From Escherichia phage vB_EcoM_G4498: a stretch of DNA of 64,000 bases. This document shows, one piece after another, positions 1-10,027 of the stretch (its first letter is position 1; each line of letters begins with the position of its first letter). The stretch is taken from the sequence record NC_054918.1; one strand, 5' to 3'. The notes beneath the pieces were generated by a model that searched no databases, had not been told where the DNA came from, and was given only the letters and a program-made list of their open reading frames with translations. The position numbers and the translations under genes are program-made.

Positions 1-32
1 TAATTCACAGTAATTTTAGTCATAATACACCT

Positions 33-224
33 TTAGTCATAATAATCAGTAACAGTCCAAGCTTCATTTCTATTGGACATTATTTTTGTATATTCTGCTT
101 TAAATGCATTCCTAAGCATAGATTCAGTAACTATATGCTCTTCATTAGAAAAATTATTTCTCAGAATATATCGTTTTATTTCAGGAATAGTTAATAGATG
201 CTGTCCAGTTGAATATTCTGCCAC
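33..224 (-). CDS. hypothetical small protein (63 aa), positioned downstream of gene 46
   Basis: ORF in operon orientation; no recognisable motif. Confidence 0.25.
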   Translation of the reverse strand: MAEYSTGQHLLTIPEIKRYILRNNFSNEEHIVTESMLRNAFKAEYTKIMSNRNEAWTVTDYYD

Positions 225-275
225 AGTTCCTCCGTATAAATATGTTTATCACTCGCTGTATCAAAAGGATATGTT

Positions 276-992
276 ATGAATTATAAACTAATTTATGAAA
301 AGTTAATCTCTAATGCTAAATCTCGAAAACTTGATTGCTATACTGAATCTCATCACATTATACCACGCTGTTTAAACGGTAGTGATGATGCTTCAAACTT
401 AGTAGATTTAACGCCAGAAGAGCACTATGTAGCTCATCAACTTTTAGTAAAAATTTATCCTTCTGAACCAAAATTAGTCTATGCTGCTAACATGATGACA
501 GTTTCCACGAAATACGCTAAACGCAACAATAAAACTTTCGGTTGGATTCGTCGTAAACTCTGGGAAATAGAAAAGAACAAAGAATTCTCCCAGGAGACAC
601 GAAAGAAAATGTCTGATGCAGTAGCTAATAAAGCAAGACTAACTTGTCCTCATTGCGGTAAGTCTGGATTAAGCGGGAATATGAATCGTTGGCATTTTGA
701 TAACTGTCCAAATCACCCTAATCCTAAAGTTAGACCACCATTGTCTAAAGAACACAGAAATAATATCTCAAACGGGCTTAAAGCAATCGTTCTTGAAGAA
801 ACATCCTGCGAATTCTGTGGAATGATAGGCAAGAAATGCGTTATCGCAGCGCATAGAAATTTCTGCAAGAAAAATCCAAATGGACGCAAGAAAACTGAAA
901 AGACTGGTACTTGCGTCCATTGTGGTAAAGTTACCACTTTCGGAAATTTATCAAGATGGCATAATGATAACTGTAAATATAAACCTAGCTAA
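276..992 (+). CDS. HNH-family homing endonuclease (Mob-like), free-standing
   Basis: N-terminal HNH motif ...ESHHIIPRCLNGSDDASNLVDLTPEEHYVAHQ...; three C-terminal Cys-rich repeats (CPHCGK...WHFDNC, CEFCG...HRNFC, CVHCGK...WHNDNC); AAAGGA SD before ATG; opposite strand to neighbours, 3' end overlaps gene 46. Confidence 0.75.
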   Translation: MNYKLIYEKLISNAKSRKLDCYTESHHIIPRCLNGSDDASNLVDLTPEEHYVAHQLLVKIYPSEPKLVYAANMMTVSTKYAKRNNKTFGWIRRKLWEIEKNKEFSQETRKKMSDAVANKARLTCPHCGKSGLSGNMNRWHFDNCPNHPNPKVRPPLSKEHRNNISNGLKAIVLEETSCEFCGMIGKKCVIAAHRNFCKKNPNGRKKTEKTGTCVHCGKVTTFGNLSRWHNDNCKYKPS

Positions 993-2673
993 TCTTAGCT
1001 AAACTAAATCTACCAACTTTTTCCATCTGAATATGCTGACCATATTCTTGTGGGTCATGGTCTTTATGCGAAATTATGAAGAAGTTGGTATCCTTCAAAC
1101 CATCTAAAATTTTAGCTACATTTTTAATACCTTCAGCATCAAATGCACCGTCATATACTTCATCAAGAAATAAACAGCTTATTTTAACACCTGAAACTTT
1201 TTCAGCAATATCACGCCAAGTAAATAAAAGAGCAATATCAATTCGCGCTTTTTCACCTTGACTGAATGAAGCATAACTAAAATCTTCACGACCACGGGAT
1301 TTAATTGTCTCATTAAATTCTTCATCTAATGTAAACACATAATCCGCTTCCATTATTTTAAGATAATGGTTAATCTGCTTATTAAATAATGGAATGTACT
1401 TTTTAATAATAGCACCTTTAATACCAGAATCTTTGAGCATATCAGTCAAAATTCCTCGGTGGTATTTTTCCATTACTAAATTAGTTTTTGTCTTAACAAT
1501 TTTATCAAGTTCTTCTTGAAGCAGTGCTATTTCATCAGCATGGTCAATAAACTCAGAAGATGCTTTTTCTATAGCTGCTTTAACTTTTTTAGCTTTATCT
1601 ACTGTCGTGATTAGAGATTGCTTTTTATTGCGAATATCATTTGCCAACGACTGCTGGGTTTTAATATTATCTCGGTATTCATCAACAAGAACTTTTAAAT
1701 TATCACGATGTGTTGAAAGCTGTTCAAACGAATGCGTGCATTCAGAAACTTTATCTTTAATTTTAGAAACAACTTTATCACCGGAACTTAATTGCGACAA
1801 ACAGGTTGGACATAATCCACCTTCGTGATACATATTAATGACTTTATTATATGAGTCAATTTTTGATTTAATTAAAACTGCTTCTTGACCGATTTTATTA
1901 AATGCATCAGTCGGGTCTTCATCCAAAACAATATTAACTAATCTTTCATTAGCTTCTTCTATTTCCGATTTTAGCGTTCTAGCTTCTTTTGCCAAATCAT
2001 CGTACATATTTTGCAGACGAGTAAGATTGTCACCCGTTAATTTTTTCTGGCGTTCAACGTTATCATTATATATTTTAATTTGTTGGATAATACTATCTTT
2101 TTTAACATCAAGCACTTGGTTTTGTGAATTTAATTCACGTATTAGTGCTTTATTAAGCTTATCCATTTCAGCTAATGTTCCTACCTCAAGCAGGTCTTCC
2201 ACAAGCTTTCTTCGCGCAGGGGTCGACAAACCCATGAAAGGGGTATACCCTGCTGTACCAAGGACAACAATCTGCTTGAAACTGGCATATGACATTCCGA
2301 TAAGCTGTTCAAATTCTGCTTGGAAATCTTTACTGCTGGCAGATTCATTAAGACGTGTACCGTTAACGGTGATTTCGAAAACGTTTGGTTTTTGTCCTCT
2401 TTTGATATAGTACTTTTTCTCATCATATTCCATCCACAGTTCAACTAAAAGTTCTTTCTTATTTGTGCTGTTTATTAATTGACCTTTCTTTACATCACGA
2501 AATGGTTTGCCAAAAAGCCCAAATGTGATGGCTTCTAACATAGTAGACTTACCACCGCCATTTCGGCCAGTAATAAGAGTTTTTTGAACCTTATCTAGTT
2601 GAATGTCAATAGGATTTCCACCTACTGACATTATATTTTGATACCTAACTCGGTTTAGTTTAAAATTCTTCAC
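985..2673 (-). CDS. 46: gp46 recombination endonuclease subunit (Rad50/SbcC-like ATPase)
   Basis: 562 aa; Walker A GRNGGGKST; long central coiled coil; position next to 47. Confidence 0.9.
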   Translation of the reverse strand: MKNFKLNRVRYQNIMSVGGNPIDIQLDKVQKTLITGRNGGGKSTMLEAITFGLFGKPFRDVKKGQLINSTNKKELLVELWMEYDEKKYYIKRGQKPNVFEITVNGTRLNESASSKDFQAEFEQLIGMSYASFKQIVVLGTAGYTPFMGLSTPARRKLVEDLLEVGTLAEMDKLNKALIRELNSQNQVLDVKKDSIIQQIKIYNDNVERQKKLTGDNLTRLQNMYDDLAKEARTLKSEIEEANERLVNIVLDEDPTDAFNKIGQEAVLIKSKIDSYNKVINMYHEGGLCPTCLSQLSSGDKVVSKIKDKVSECTHSFEQLSTHRDNLKVLVDEYRDNIKTQQSLANDIRNKKQSLITTVDKAKKVKAAIEKASSEFIDHADEIALLQEELDKIVKTKTNLVMEKYHRGILTDMLKDSGIKGAIIKKYIPLFNKQINHYLKIMEADYVFTLDEEFNETIKSRGREDFSYASFSQGEKARIDIALLFTWRDIAEKVSGVKISCLFLDEVYDGAFDAEGIKNVAKILDGLKDTNFFIISHKDHDPQEYGQHIQMEKVGRFSLAKIS

Positions 2674-3116
2674 AAAAGATTCCTTTTAATGTATCTTTTA
2701 GACCATTCTATCATATCATCATAATCTAAAAAGTATTCATCAAATTCAGCCATGCAAACAACGCCTTGTGCTGTTTTTGATGTAATATAAATTATTCCAA
2801 CATATCTAGAATCTTCTTCGGTATAATCAATGTTTGCTATGAATTCATCATTAATGTCAAATGTCGAAAACTTCACAGTATGCATCCTTAATACAAGATA
2901 CAGCCATATCTCGTAATGATTTAGGTGTGTCATTATCTAAAATGTTGAAGTTAAAAGATACAGCCCAGTCAGTGCAGACTGTAACCTTTTTAATACAATT
3001 ATCTTCAACCTCTAACGGTTCAAACCAATATTCAATAATTTCTTTATGCCCAATATCATCTTTTACTTCGCATTCAAAATGCTGACTCATCATAACATTT
3101 TTAAATTCATCAAAAG

Positions 3117-4136
3117 TCATTGTGTTGCCTCTACATATAGCTGATTTGCATATTGAATAAGTGCTTCACGGTCAGAATCGGTGATGTCTGGAATTGCATT
3201 AATGTATTCTTCCATCAACGTCTGAAGAGATTGAACTTCAACTTCTTCACTGTCATCTGACTCGACAGAGTTATCAATTTTTGACACAACTCGTAATGAA
3301 TGCACAACTTTTTCTAGTTCAGATTCGAACTTCGTTAGATTTTTGTCTACTTCAGTTACTATAACACGTACTGATAGATTTGTAAAATCTTTATAGTCAA
3401 TTTTTCCTTTAAATGGATAATGAATTCTACGATGCCAGGTAGTGTTGTTTGGAATAAATTCCATTCGTTCTGTTTCTGTATCAAACATCCAGAACCCGCG
3501 AGGGTCATTCTCGTCACCTGCAGTTAGTGTCCATGGTGTCCCAATATATCTGACGTTAGCAGCCTCAGAAATAGTATGGAAGTGACCAGACCACACCTCT
3601 TTATAAGTCTTAAGGAAATCAGGTTCAAGACCATGAGATTTCATTCCTTTATAAAAATAAAATCCATTCAGCTCCCAGTGACCAACACAAAAAGAAGCAG
3701 AAGAAGTTTTTATGTGCTCGAGAATTTCACCAGTATTTTCTTCACACATCCAAGGAATTAAATCAATCAAACATCCGTCAAAATCTACTGTAGTAGGCTT
3801 ATCATATACTTTAACATTATGATATTTAGCCAAAAGCTCAGTAGAGGCATTTGGAGTTAAAGTATTTTTAAAGTGCATATCATGGTTTCCTACAACAGTA
3901 TGTAGGGTAATACCAGCATCATCAAGCATTTGAACTATTTCACGAGCGAACTCCATAGTTTTATGCGTGATTGCTTTTCGCACATCAAAAATATCGCCGT
4001 ATTGAATCCAGGTAGTAATTCCATTTTTCTTAGAATATTCTATCGCTTGCTTAATTCCATCCAACTGAATGGATTGAACCCATTCATCATCGGCTTTAAC
4101 ACCTAAATGCCAATCACCTAAATTTAAAATTTTCAT
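3117..4136 (-). CDS. 47: gp47 recombination endonuclease subunit (Mre11/SbcD-like phosphoesterase)
   Basis: 339 aa; metallophosphatase motifs NLGDWHLG and GNHDM. Confidence 0.9.
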   Translation of the reverse strand: MKILNLGDWHLGVKADDEWVQSIQLDGIKQAIEYSKKNGITTWIQYGDIFDVRKAITHKTMEFAREIVQMLDDAGITLHTVVGNHDMHFKNTLTPNASTELLAKYHNVKVYDKPTTVDFDGCLIDLIPWMCEENTGEILEHIKTSSASFCVGHWELNGFYFYKGMKSHGLEPDFLKTYKEVWSGHFHTISEAANVRYIGTPWTLTAGDENDPRGFWMFDTETERMEFIPNNTTWHRRIHYPFKGKIDYKDFTNLSVRVIVTEVDKNLTKFESELEKVVHSLRVVSKIDNSVESDDSEEVEVQSLQTLMEEYINAIPDITDSDREALIQYANQLYVEATQ

Positions 4137-4296
4137 ATATCAAGAACCGTCATTGAAATGCAAAATAAAATTATTGAAATAAATCCATCTGGAGTGCTAA
4201 AGAACCCAATCCAACATGCTCTAGTGAATAGATAAAATGCAAGAAAAAGTATCACATATCCAAGAAATATCATTATATCAAACTCCGTATAAAGCT

Positions 4297-4314
4297 AAAG
4301 GGCCGAAGCCCTTT
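4297..4314. terminator. hairpin AAAGGG-ccgaag-CCCTTT with U-rich flanks on both strands, overlapping a-gt stop
   Basis: inverted repeat seen in sequence; TTTATTTTG on plus side, UUUAGCUUUAU on minus side. Confidence 0.45.
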
Positions 4315-5515
4315 ATTTTGTAATAATGTCAAACTGTTCTTTAAAACAGAAGCTTGAATCTTGGTGCTGATACAAAAATTCATATGCTTTTTCTCGCTCA
4401 CGGTCATAAAGAGCTCGGTCAGATGACAGTTCTTTAATACGTTCAAACGCTGATTCCATATCATTTTCATCAAACCAAATGATACCGCTATCATGCGAGG
4501 TCAAAGGAGTATTATCAACACGGAATTTTAAATTTTCGCCAGTAGATTTCCAAAATACCGGAATTGTTCCACATGCACCAAGCTCGAGATGAGTATATTC
4601 TAAAGAGCGCTGTAGATATTTTTTATCCAACTTACTCAACTGATAACCAAATCCGGATTTACTCATACGTTCAAGCATTTCGCTATTTACATAACGATCG
4701 AGAATTTGCGTTGGTAAATTAGGAGCAATTTTAATTTGGTCTACTTGATGAAGACGATAATACTCGTATGGAATTCCTTTTTCTTTAATAGGAATGAACG
4801 CTGGAGAACGTTCCAGACCTTCCATAATAGTACTTAGTCCTGCAGGTTTAAGATGTTTTTCGTGAAAATCAAACATCTGATAAAAACCTTTCCATGTAGT
4901 CGTACGACCAATCCAACGGTTGACATTCATGTTAATTTCAGAAACATCTTTCCAGTAGGTTGACCGAACCTTCGCAATATCCATAGGAGGCTGAAAGTTA
5001 TATACGGTCGGCGCTTCTTCAATATCATCAAACAGAGAAACAGTTTCTGGATACCATTCTTTCATCAGAACTTTATTAAAATCACCATTATCAGAATGGC
5101 TAAAAATAACATCAGCTCGACGAACAGTTTCTTCTAATCCCAAATTTCGACGCAAAGAAAGAGAAGAATGGTCATGTTGATAAACTACAACACGAACCGA
5201 AGGTTTAATGTTATCAATAATTTTTTTATAGTTATTAATAGTGTCTTCTTCAACTGAAGTAGCAGGAACTGAATTGATAATTAGAATATCACAATCATTT
5301 ACCAGCTTAAGTGTTTTATCGTATTCTTTTGCCAATAAAACCGGAATTGAAAATGATTTATAATCATGCGCACAGTTACGAGTAAATGATTTATCTTTGG
5401 CATAAACCAAAGTTACTTCATGACCATTTTTAATAAACCAATCACGTTGCTCGAGTGAGAATTTTGTTACACCACAACCTTCAAGACCTCGAGCCATAAA
5501 AATACATACTTTCAT
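4313..5515 (-). CDS. a-gt: DNA alpha-glucosyltransferase
   Basis: 400 aa; N-terminus CIFMARGLEGCGVTKFSLEQRDWFIKNGHEVTLVYAKDKSFTR matches T4 alpha-gt as recalled; sits between 47 and 55. Confidence 0.8.
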   Translation of the reverse strand: MKVCIFMARGLEGCGVTKFSLEQRDWFIKNGHEVTLVYAKDKSFTRNCAHDYKSFSIPVLLAKEYDKTLKLVNDCDILIINSVPATSVEEDTINNYKKIIDNIKPSVRVVVYQHDHSSLSLRRNLGLEETVRRADVIFSHSDNGDFNKVLMKEWYPETVSLFDDIEEAPTVYNFQPPMDIAKVRSTYWKDVSEINMNVNRWIGRTTTWKGFYQMFDFHEKHLKPAGLSTIMEGLERSPAFIPIKEKGIPYEYYRLHQVDQIKIAPNLPTQILDRYVNSEMLERMSKSGFGYQLSKLDKKYLQRSLEYTHLELGACGTIPVFWKSTGENLKFRVDNTPLTSHDSGIIWFDENDMESAFERIKELSSDRALYDREREKAYEFLYQHQDSSFCFKEQFDIITK

Positions 5516-5565
5516 TTAATATCCTCTTTGTTTTGGTTTATTTTACCAAAAATTTATAAAGCAAT

Positions 5566-5585
5566 ATAGGAGCCGAAGCTCCTAT
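5566..5585 (-). terminator. rho-independent terminator-like hairpin (ATAGGAGC-cgaa-GCTCCTAT) followed by U-run on minus strand
   Basis: 8-bp stem and tetraloop; downstream minus-strand sequence AUUGCUUUAUAAAUUUUU. Confidence 0.5.
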
Positions 5586-5930
5586 CCGCATAATACGCCA
5601 TACAAAGGCTCATTAGAACTTCTAAATTTTATGCGCTTATATGTTATAGTTCCTTCTGCTTTAGCTTTATCATAAGACTCTTTAAAGCGTCTCATCATTT
5701 CCTCTTTAGAGGAACGAATTTTATTATAATCTATTTCAGAAGTCTGGATGTTCATCTTTCATAACTGCCACCATTTTTTGACTTGATAAGAATCAACCCA
5801 CACTTTCATATTAGGGTCTGCTCTTACAATAGGAGGATTAACTTCTTTAATTGAACTATCATGGTATTCTTTTTCAGAAATTTTCACACAAAGATGACCA
5901 TTCAAAGATTCAGTAAATCCTGCATTAATT

Positions 5931-6248
5931 TTAAGACGCTTGAATTTTACGTGTGTAAGCATCAATCATATCCTCAATTTGCGATCTAGTAGTCTTCCAA
6001 AGAATACTGATGAGTTCATCGTTATATGGCTGTTTTAGAATATCCCGACTTTTCTTGATAGCATATTCGTATTGAGCAAAATTATTATTTTCAGCCGCAA
6101 TCTGAGCATGCTTATAAAGACGATTCAGTTCGCGTTTGTTTTTAGACAATAACTTATTTGCTTTTCTTTCTGCTTCAAGACGGTTCTTTTCTTCAATAGA
6201 AGAAATAAGCTTTTCCACTTCATCATTAATTTCGGGTTTATCAATCAT
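5931..6248 (-). CDS. hypothetical protein (105 aa, charged/coiled-coil)
   Basis: ORF in operon orientation. Confidence 0.45.
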   Translation of the reverse strand: MIDKPEINDEVEKLISSIEEKNRLEAERKANKLLSKNKRELNRLYKHAQIAAENNNFAQYEYAIKKSRDILKQPYNDELISILWKTTRSQIEDMIDAYTRKIQAS

Positions 6249-6249
6249 A

Positions 6250-6468
6250 TTATTTCTCTAATATAAAATAAAAATCATCATCTGTTAAATGATACCTGTA
6301 ATTTAATTCTACACCATTAGATTTAAAAGCGGTATCATACGGATTTTCTGGATCAATATCAATGTCAAGAGCTAAAACTTCCCTGAGATACATTTTAAGT
6401 AAATAGGGAATAGCTTCAACTTCAGGTATTTCTTCCAAGAATCCGGAGAGGTTAATCGTTAGCCTCAT
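6250..6468 (-). CDS. hypothetical protein (72 aa)
   Basis: ORF in operon orientation, abuts gene 55. Confidence 0.45.
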
Positions 6469-7009
6469 ATAAAAAATCCAAACTAGGAGAATCGTCTACA
6501 ACACTTTTCTTTTCAGCCCCCGGTGTTCTATAGGTTGATTCTTCGTAATGCGTCATTTTATCATAGATGTCTTGAATAAAAGTTTCATCTACTAACGCAA
6601 CCATATCGTCGTCACGGCTGTCATAGACATTGTGAACGAAGTAACTATATTTCTTTGCAACTTCCTTACGTTCTTTTTTAATACGTTGGACGAATGCATT
6701 AAAACAAGCTTGAGTTATATATGCATGTGGGTTTTTATATTTCGTTTCATCAAAATTGTGAAGCCCCTTAATAGAAGCTTCTATACCATCTGCAATCATT
6801 TCTTGTTTCCAAGACTGGGTGTATCCTGAAAAGTTGAAACGTTTAGATAAGCCTTCTGCAATAAGCATAATGGCTAATCCGATAGTATCATTCTGACGAA
6901 CTACTTTATTTGGGTCTTTATTATTTGCTAATTCTGTTTTCCAATCAATAATAGCCTGTAAAAGCTCTTTATTGTTTACGTAATTATATTTAGGCTTAGT
7001 TTCTGACAT
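6452..7009 (-). CDS. 55: gp55 late-transcription sigma factor
   Basis: 185 aa from ATG at 7009 (AGAGGTGA SD); sequence [33 protein letters not shown]... matches T4 gp55. Confidence 0.9.
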
Positions 7010-7087
7010 TTTCACCTCTTAGCTCAATTCATAGATCTATTATATCATAATATTTGAAGATCTATCTTAAAGCATAGAGGATATCAG

Positions 7088-7357
7088 TTATCTAAGTAAG
7101 CAGTATGCTTGGAACACTTTCTCCATCATCTTTTTAAATTCATGAATATCTATATAATGACTAGTTAAATCAGCATGATATAAAAAGTCTAAAAACTTTT
7201 CATGTGTGCTAACATATTCACTTTCATTTAATTCAGAAACATGACTTTCCCAATATCCAACACCAGTCTTATTTGGGAAAAATGAAATTTTCATATATTG
7301 GTCAACATAGAAAATGCCATAATTTTCAATAGTAATAGAAATATTAATAAATTTCAT
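7088..7357 (-). CDS. hypothetical protein (89 aa)
   Basis: ORF in operon orientation. Confidence 0.45.
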   Translation of the reverse strand: MKFINISITIENYGIFYVDQYMKISFFPNKTGVGYWESHVSELNESEYVSTHEKFLDFLYHADLTSHYIDIHEFKKMMEKVFQAYCLLR

Positions 7358-7569
7358 ACATTCATCAACTTAGCCGCTTCGAGAGCTGCATCTAGTGAAT
7401 CAAATTGGTCAACATATTCAATCAATTCGCCGTAATTAGCATATAACCACCATTGGCTAAATTCATACTCAAGGATGAATCCGTTTCCTTCAATTTGAGT
7501 TAAACCAATGCCATTTGTATTTACTTCATATCCAGCAAGACGCAAATCGTTAATAAGAGCTTCGTTCAT
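7354..7569 (-). CDS. hypothetical protein (71 aa)
   Basis: ORF with start/stop overlap to neighbours. Confidence 0.45.
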   Translation of the reverse strand: MNEALINDLRLAGYEVNTNGIGLTQIEGNGFILEYEFSQWWLYANYGELIEYVDQFDSLDAALEAAKLMNV

Positions 7570-7571
7570 AA

Positions 7572-7898
7572 TTATACCTTAGCAATTTTCAGGTCTGCAA
7601 ATTTTTTCTTGCGTTGATTTTTCATGCGACGAATAGTTTTATCGGAAATTTCATGCTTTTGATAAGCTTTAGATTCTACACCAAAAGCTTTAACATCAAA
7701 TTCTGACAAGATATATTGAACCAACAATTCACGGACAGTATTGCGTCCAATCTTCTGATCATTCTGTTTCATCGTCTGATGAAGCTCTTTTTCCCATTTA
7801 TCCAAAATTTGAGGAGTTACAATATCGCCTTTTTCTAGCAAAGAAACTACTTTATCGTATGCGTAAGAATTGATGGCGTTTTTAATTTGAATAGTCAT
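7572..7898 (-). CDS. hypothetical protein (108 aa, basic C-terminus)
   Basis: ORF in operon orientation. Confidence 0.45.
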   Translation of the reverse strand: MTIQIKNAINSYAYDKVVSLLEKGDIVTPQILDKWEKELHQTMKQNDQKIGRNTVRELLVQYILSEFDVKAFGVESKAYQKHEISDKTIRRMKNQRKKKFADLKIAKV

Positions 7899-7936
7899 AC
7901 ATTATCCTCAATTGCGTTAAAATTTTATTATCCAAA

Positions 7937-7952
7937 AAGGGCCGAAGCCCTT
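7937..7952 (-). terminator. rho-independent terminator (AAGGGC-ttcg-GCCCTT + UUUUUGG on minus strand)
   Basis: GC-rich hairpin followed by U-run. Confidence 0.55.
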
Positions 7953-8151
7953 AGCTAAACTTTTTGGCACCCTTCCAGCCTTCATACATCATTGCGGCTG
8001 ATATTAATATTGCTCCTGAGCAACTTGAATATTTGTGATTCCAAAACCAGTTTAGAAAAACTTCGTCATCAATACCTTGTGCTATCATATTTTCAAAGAA
8101 CTGACGACGAGCTTCGGCAATTCGCTGCGATAATTTAGATTCAGGATTCAT
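7951..8151 (-). CDS. hypothetical protein (66 aa)
   Basis: ORF in operon orientation. Confidence 0.4.
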   Translation of the reverse strand: MNPESKLSQRIAEARRQFFENMIAQGIDDEVFLNWFWNHKYSSCSGAILISAAMMYEGWKGAKKFS

Positions 8152-8367
8152 TTAAATTTTCCAATTACCGTTTTCATCAATGAATTTAATCCAGTCATTT
8201 ACTGACCACTTAGTTGTATCGCCTTTTGGAGTAACATTTAAAGTATATAGCCCTTGCTTAAAAAGCATTCGTTTGATATTCATATTTTCCTCAGCTGTAA
8301 CGATAACACTCGTTTGATTTACGTTTAGCAACTCGTTGAGAAGTATTATAATCAAAATCATCGTCAA
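8152..8367 (-). CDS. hypothetical protein (71 aa)
   Basis: ORF in operon orientation. Confidence 0.4.
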   Translation of the reverse strand: MTMILIIILLNELLNVNQTSVIVTAEENMNIKRMLFKQGLYTLNVTPKGDTTKWSVNDWIKFIDENGNWKI

Positions 8368-8584
8368 TGTAAACTGATTTTTTCAACTTTCTTACTTCAC
8401 CACGTAATTGGCGATTTAGCTCATCTTTAACTTCTGAATCAATACCTTTCATTCTACGCCATTTATCTGAGCGAAAAATGTTTTCAACCATATCTTTATG
8501 ACTTACACCATCAGGAGCTTTACGCTTTCCGAAATAGTCATAATCACGTACTTTTAAATCTTTACGACGATACGTTTTACCCAT
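8291..8584 (-). CDS. hypothetical basic protein (about 97 aa from MGKTYRRKDL...)
   Basis: ORF; upstream part of track ORF is probably not translated. Confidence 0.4.
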   Translation of the reverse strand: MGKTYRRKDLKVRDYDYFGKRKAPDGVSHKDMVENIFRSDKWRRMKGIDSEVKDELNRQLRGEVRKLKKSVYIDDDFDYNTSQRVAKRKSNECYRYS

Positions 8585-8759
8585 GGAGTTTAATTTCCTT
8601 AGCAACTGAACTAAATACAGCACGGTCACAAATCATGTGTTTATGTAACTTAAGTATAAGATAATAAACATCATAACCATTTACGTAAGTAACGCGAACA
8701 GCATTACCATTAATAAGATAATACTGTCCCTTTTTAATTTCTTTATCAATCATAACCAT
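8577..8759 (-). CDS. hypothetical protein (60 aa)
   Basis: ORF immediately downstream of an early promoter. Confidence 0.4.
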   Translation of the reverse strand: MVMIDKEIKKGQYYLINGNAVRVTYVNGYDVYYLILKLHKHMICDRAVFSSVAKEIKLHG

Positions 8760-8786
8760 ATCAATTCCTCAAAGGCAATTCATGTG

Positions 8787-8818
8787 TTAATAATACCACA
8801 GTTTGAGCTCGCTGTAAA
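8787..8818 (-). promoter_or_regulatory. T4-type early promoter (-35 GTTTAC, 18-nt spacer, -10 TATTAT)
   Basis: minus-strand GTTTACAGCGAGCTCAAACTGTGGTATTATTAAC; member of the repeated promoter family. Confidence 0.5.
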
Positions 8819-8890
8819 CAACTTTGTGAAAAATATTTTAGGGAATGATAAGAAAGGAACGATAGCTTAGAATGGTAATATACAGAATGT

Positions 8891-8914
8891 GAGAAAGAAA
8901 GGCCCAGAGGGCCC
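8891..8914 (-). terminator. terminator-like hairpin (GGCCC/GGGCC) followed by U-rich run, just after nrdH
   Basis: seen in sequence. Confidence 0.45.
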
Positions 8915-8917
8915 GTC

Positions 8918-9226
8918 TTAATCTTCTATGATATCTCTATCATATCCAAGTGAAATGAGAGTTTCTTTGAAGTGTTTAATGTTCTTTTGTCTAGAATCAT
9001 TAATGAAAATGACTGGATAACGAATGTTAAGAGATGTGAATCCAGCTCGTTTAGCAAGAGATACAATCAGTGGACGATCATACTCAATCTTACCATTATT
9101 TGTAAGAACTTTATAGAAAGTAAAAGGAGCATTGAGCTCCTTTAGAAGTTTTGTAACTGATTGACATCCAGGACAACGACCTACTTCATCTGGAATTCCA
9201 TAGACTTCAATCTTATTTTGTTTCAC
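8918..9226 (-). CDS. nrdH: NrdH-like glutaredoxin
   Basis: 102 aa; redox motif CPGC near N-terminus; position next to nrdG/nrdD. Confidence 0.75.
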   Translation of the reverse strand: MKQNKIEVYGIPDEVGRCPGCQSVTKLLKELNAPFTFYKVLTNNGKIEYDRPLIVSLAKRAGFTSLNIRYPVIFINDSRQKNIKHFKETLISLGYDRDIIED

Positions 9227-9228
9227 AA

Positions 9229-9441
9229 CTATTCCTTACTAAGAGCAGCATTCAGCTTGTTAGTAATTTTATCCAGACGCTCATTGAACTCACTAGAAGA
9301 TAATCCCTTTTCTGGAGAAATCAAACTAATCACGAAAAATATAGCAATAAAAGGAATAAGGAAAATAGCTCCAACTGCCATAAACAGAAAGAATGTTACA
9401 GTTGTAAGAAAATCAGCTAAACCTTTACGAAATTTATACAT
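9229..9441 (-). CDS. small membrane protein (70 aa)
   Basis: hydrophobic segment FLTTVTFFLFMAVGAIFLIPFIAIFFVISLI. Confidence 0.45.
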   Translation of the reverse strand: MYKFRKGLADFLTTVTFFLFMAVGAIFLIPFIAIFFVISLISPEKGLSSSEFNERLDKITNKLNAALSKE

Positions 9442-9556
9442 ATTTTACCCTTAATTAATTAACCAAGCATTGATAAGCACTAAACTATACTGCGAATAAA
9501 ATTCTGGACCAAAATGAAAAATCATATCATTTATAGTATCCATAATGTAATTCAAT

Positions 9557-10027
9557 TTAATCATGTTTCCACACCCCATCGGTATTTGACCAAAGTCGCT
9601 GATTATCTGATCCTCGCCACAGCTTTTTAGTCGGAAGATTTTTCTCATACTTCCCATCAATAATAACATCAACATATTTAAGCATTTCTAGTTGTTTAAT
9701 ATCTTCAAACTTATATCCTGTCCACAACCAAATGCTTTTATTGGGATAAAGATTTTTTACTGTTTGAACAATGCAATGAATAACATCTCGATTGTCAGGA
9801 TAGAGAGGGTCTCCTCCAGTTATAGTTAATCCTTCTATATAATCATTATTCAAACATTCAATCAATTGTTCTAGTGTTTCACCAGTGAATGGAATACCAT
9901 TTCTAGCATTCCATGTTGATTTATTATAACACCCTTCACATTTATGCAAACAACCTGTAACGAAAAGAACGACCCTGCAACCAGGGCCATTCACAAAATC
10001 GCAAGGATAAAATCTATCATAATTCAT
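9557..10027 (-). CDS. nrdG: anaerobic ribonucleotide reductase activating protein (radical SAM)
   Basis: 156 aa; Cys-rich radical-SAM-like segments GCRVVLFVTGCLHKCEGC. Confidence 0.85.
   Translation of the reverse strand: MNYDRFYPCDFVNGPGCRVVLFVTGCLHKCEGCYNKSTWNARNGIPFTGETLEQLIECLNNDYIEGLTITGGDPLYPDNRDVIHCIVQTVKNLYPNKSIWLWTGYKFEDIKQLEMLKYVDVIIDGKYEKNLPTKKLWRGSDNQRLWSNTDGVWKHD

Noticed and set aside
73-279. Plus-strand 68-aa ORF upstream of the HNH endonuclease gene
   Set aside because: No SD, low-complexity translation, and it ends overlapping the well-supported HNH gene start region; probably spurious
1076-2444. Several ORFs antisense to gene 46 (1076-1261 +, 1607-1828 +, 2027-2410 +, 2181-2444 -)
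   Set aside because: They lie entirely within the gene 46 coding region, which has clear Walker A and coiled-coil features; shadow ORFs
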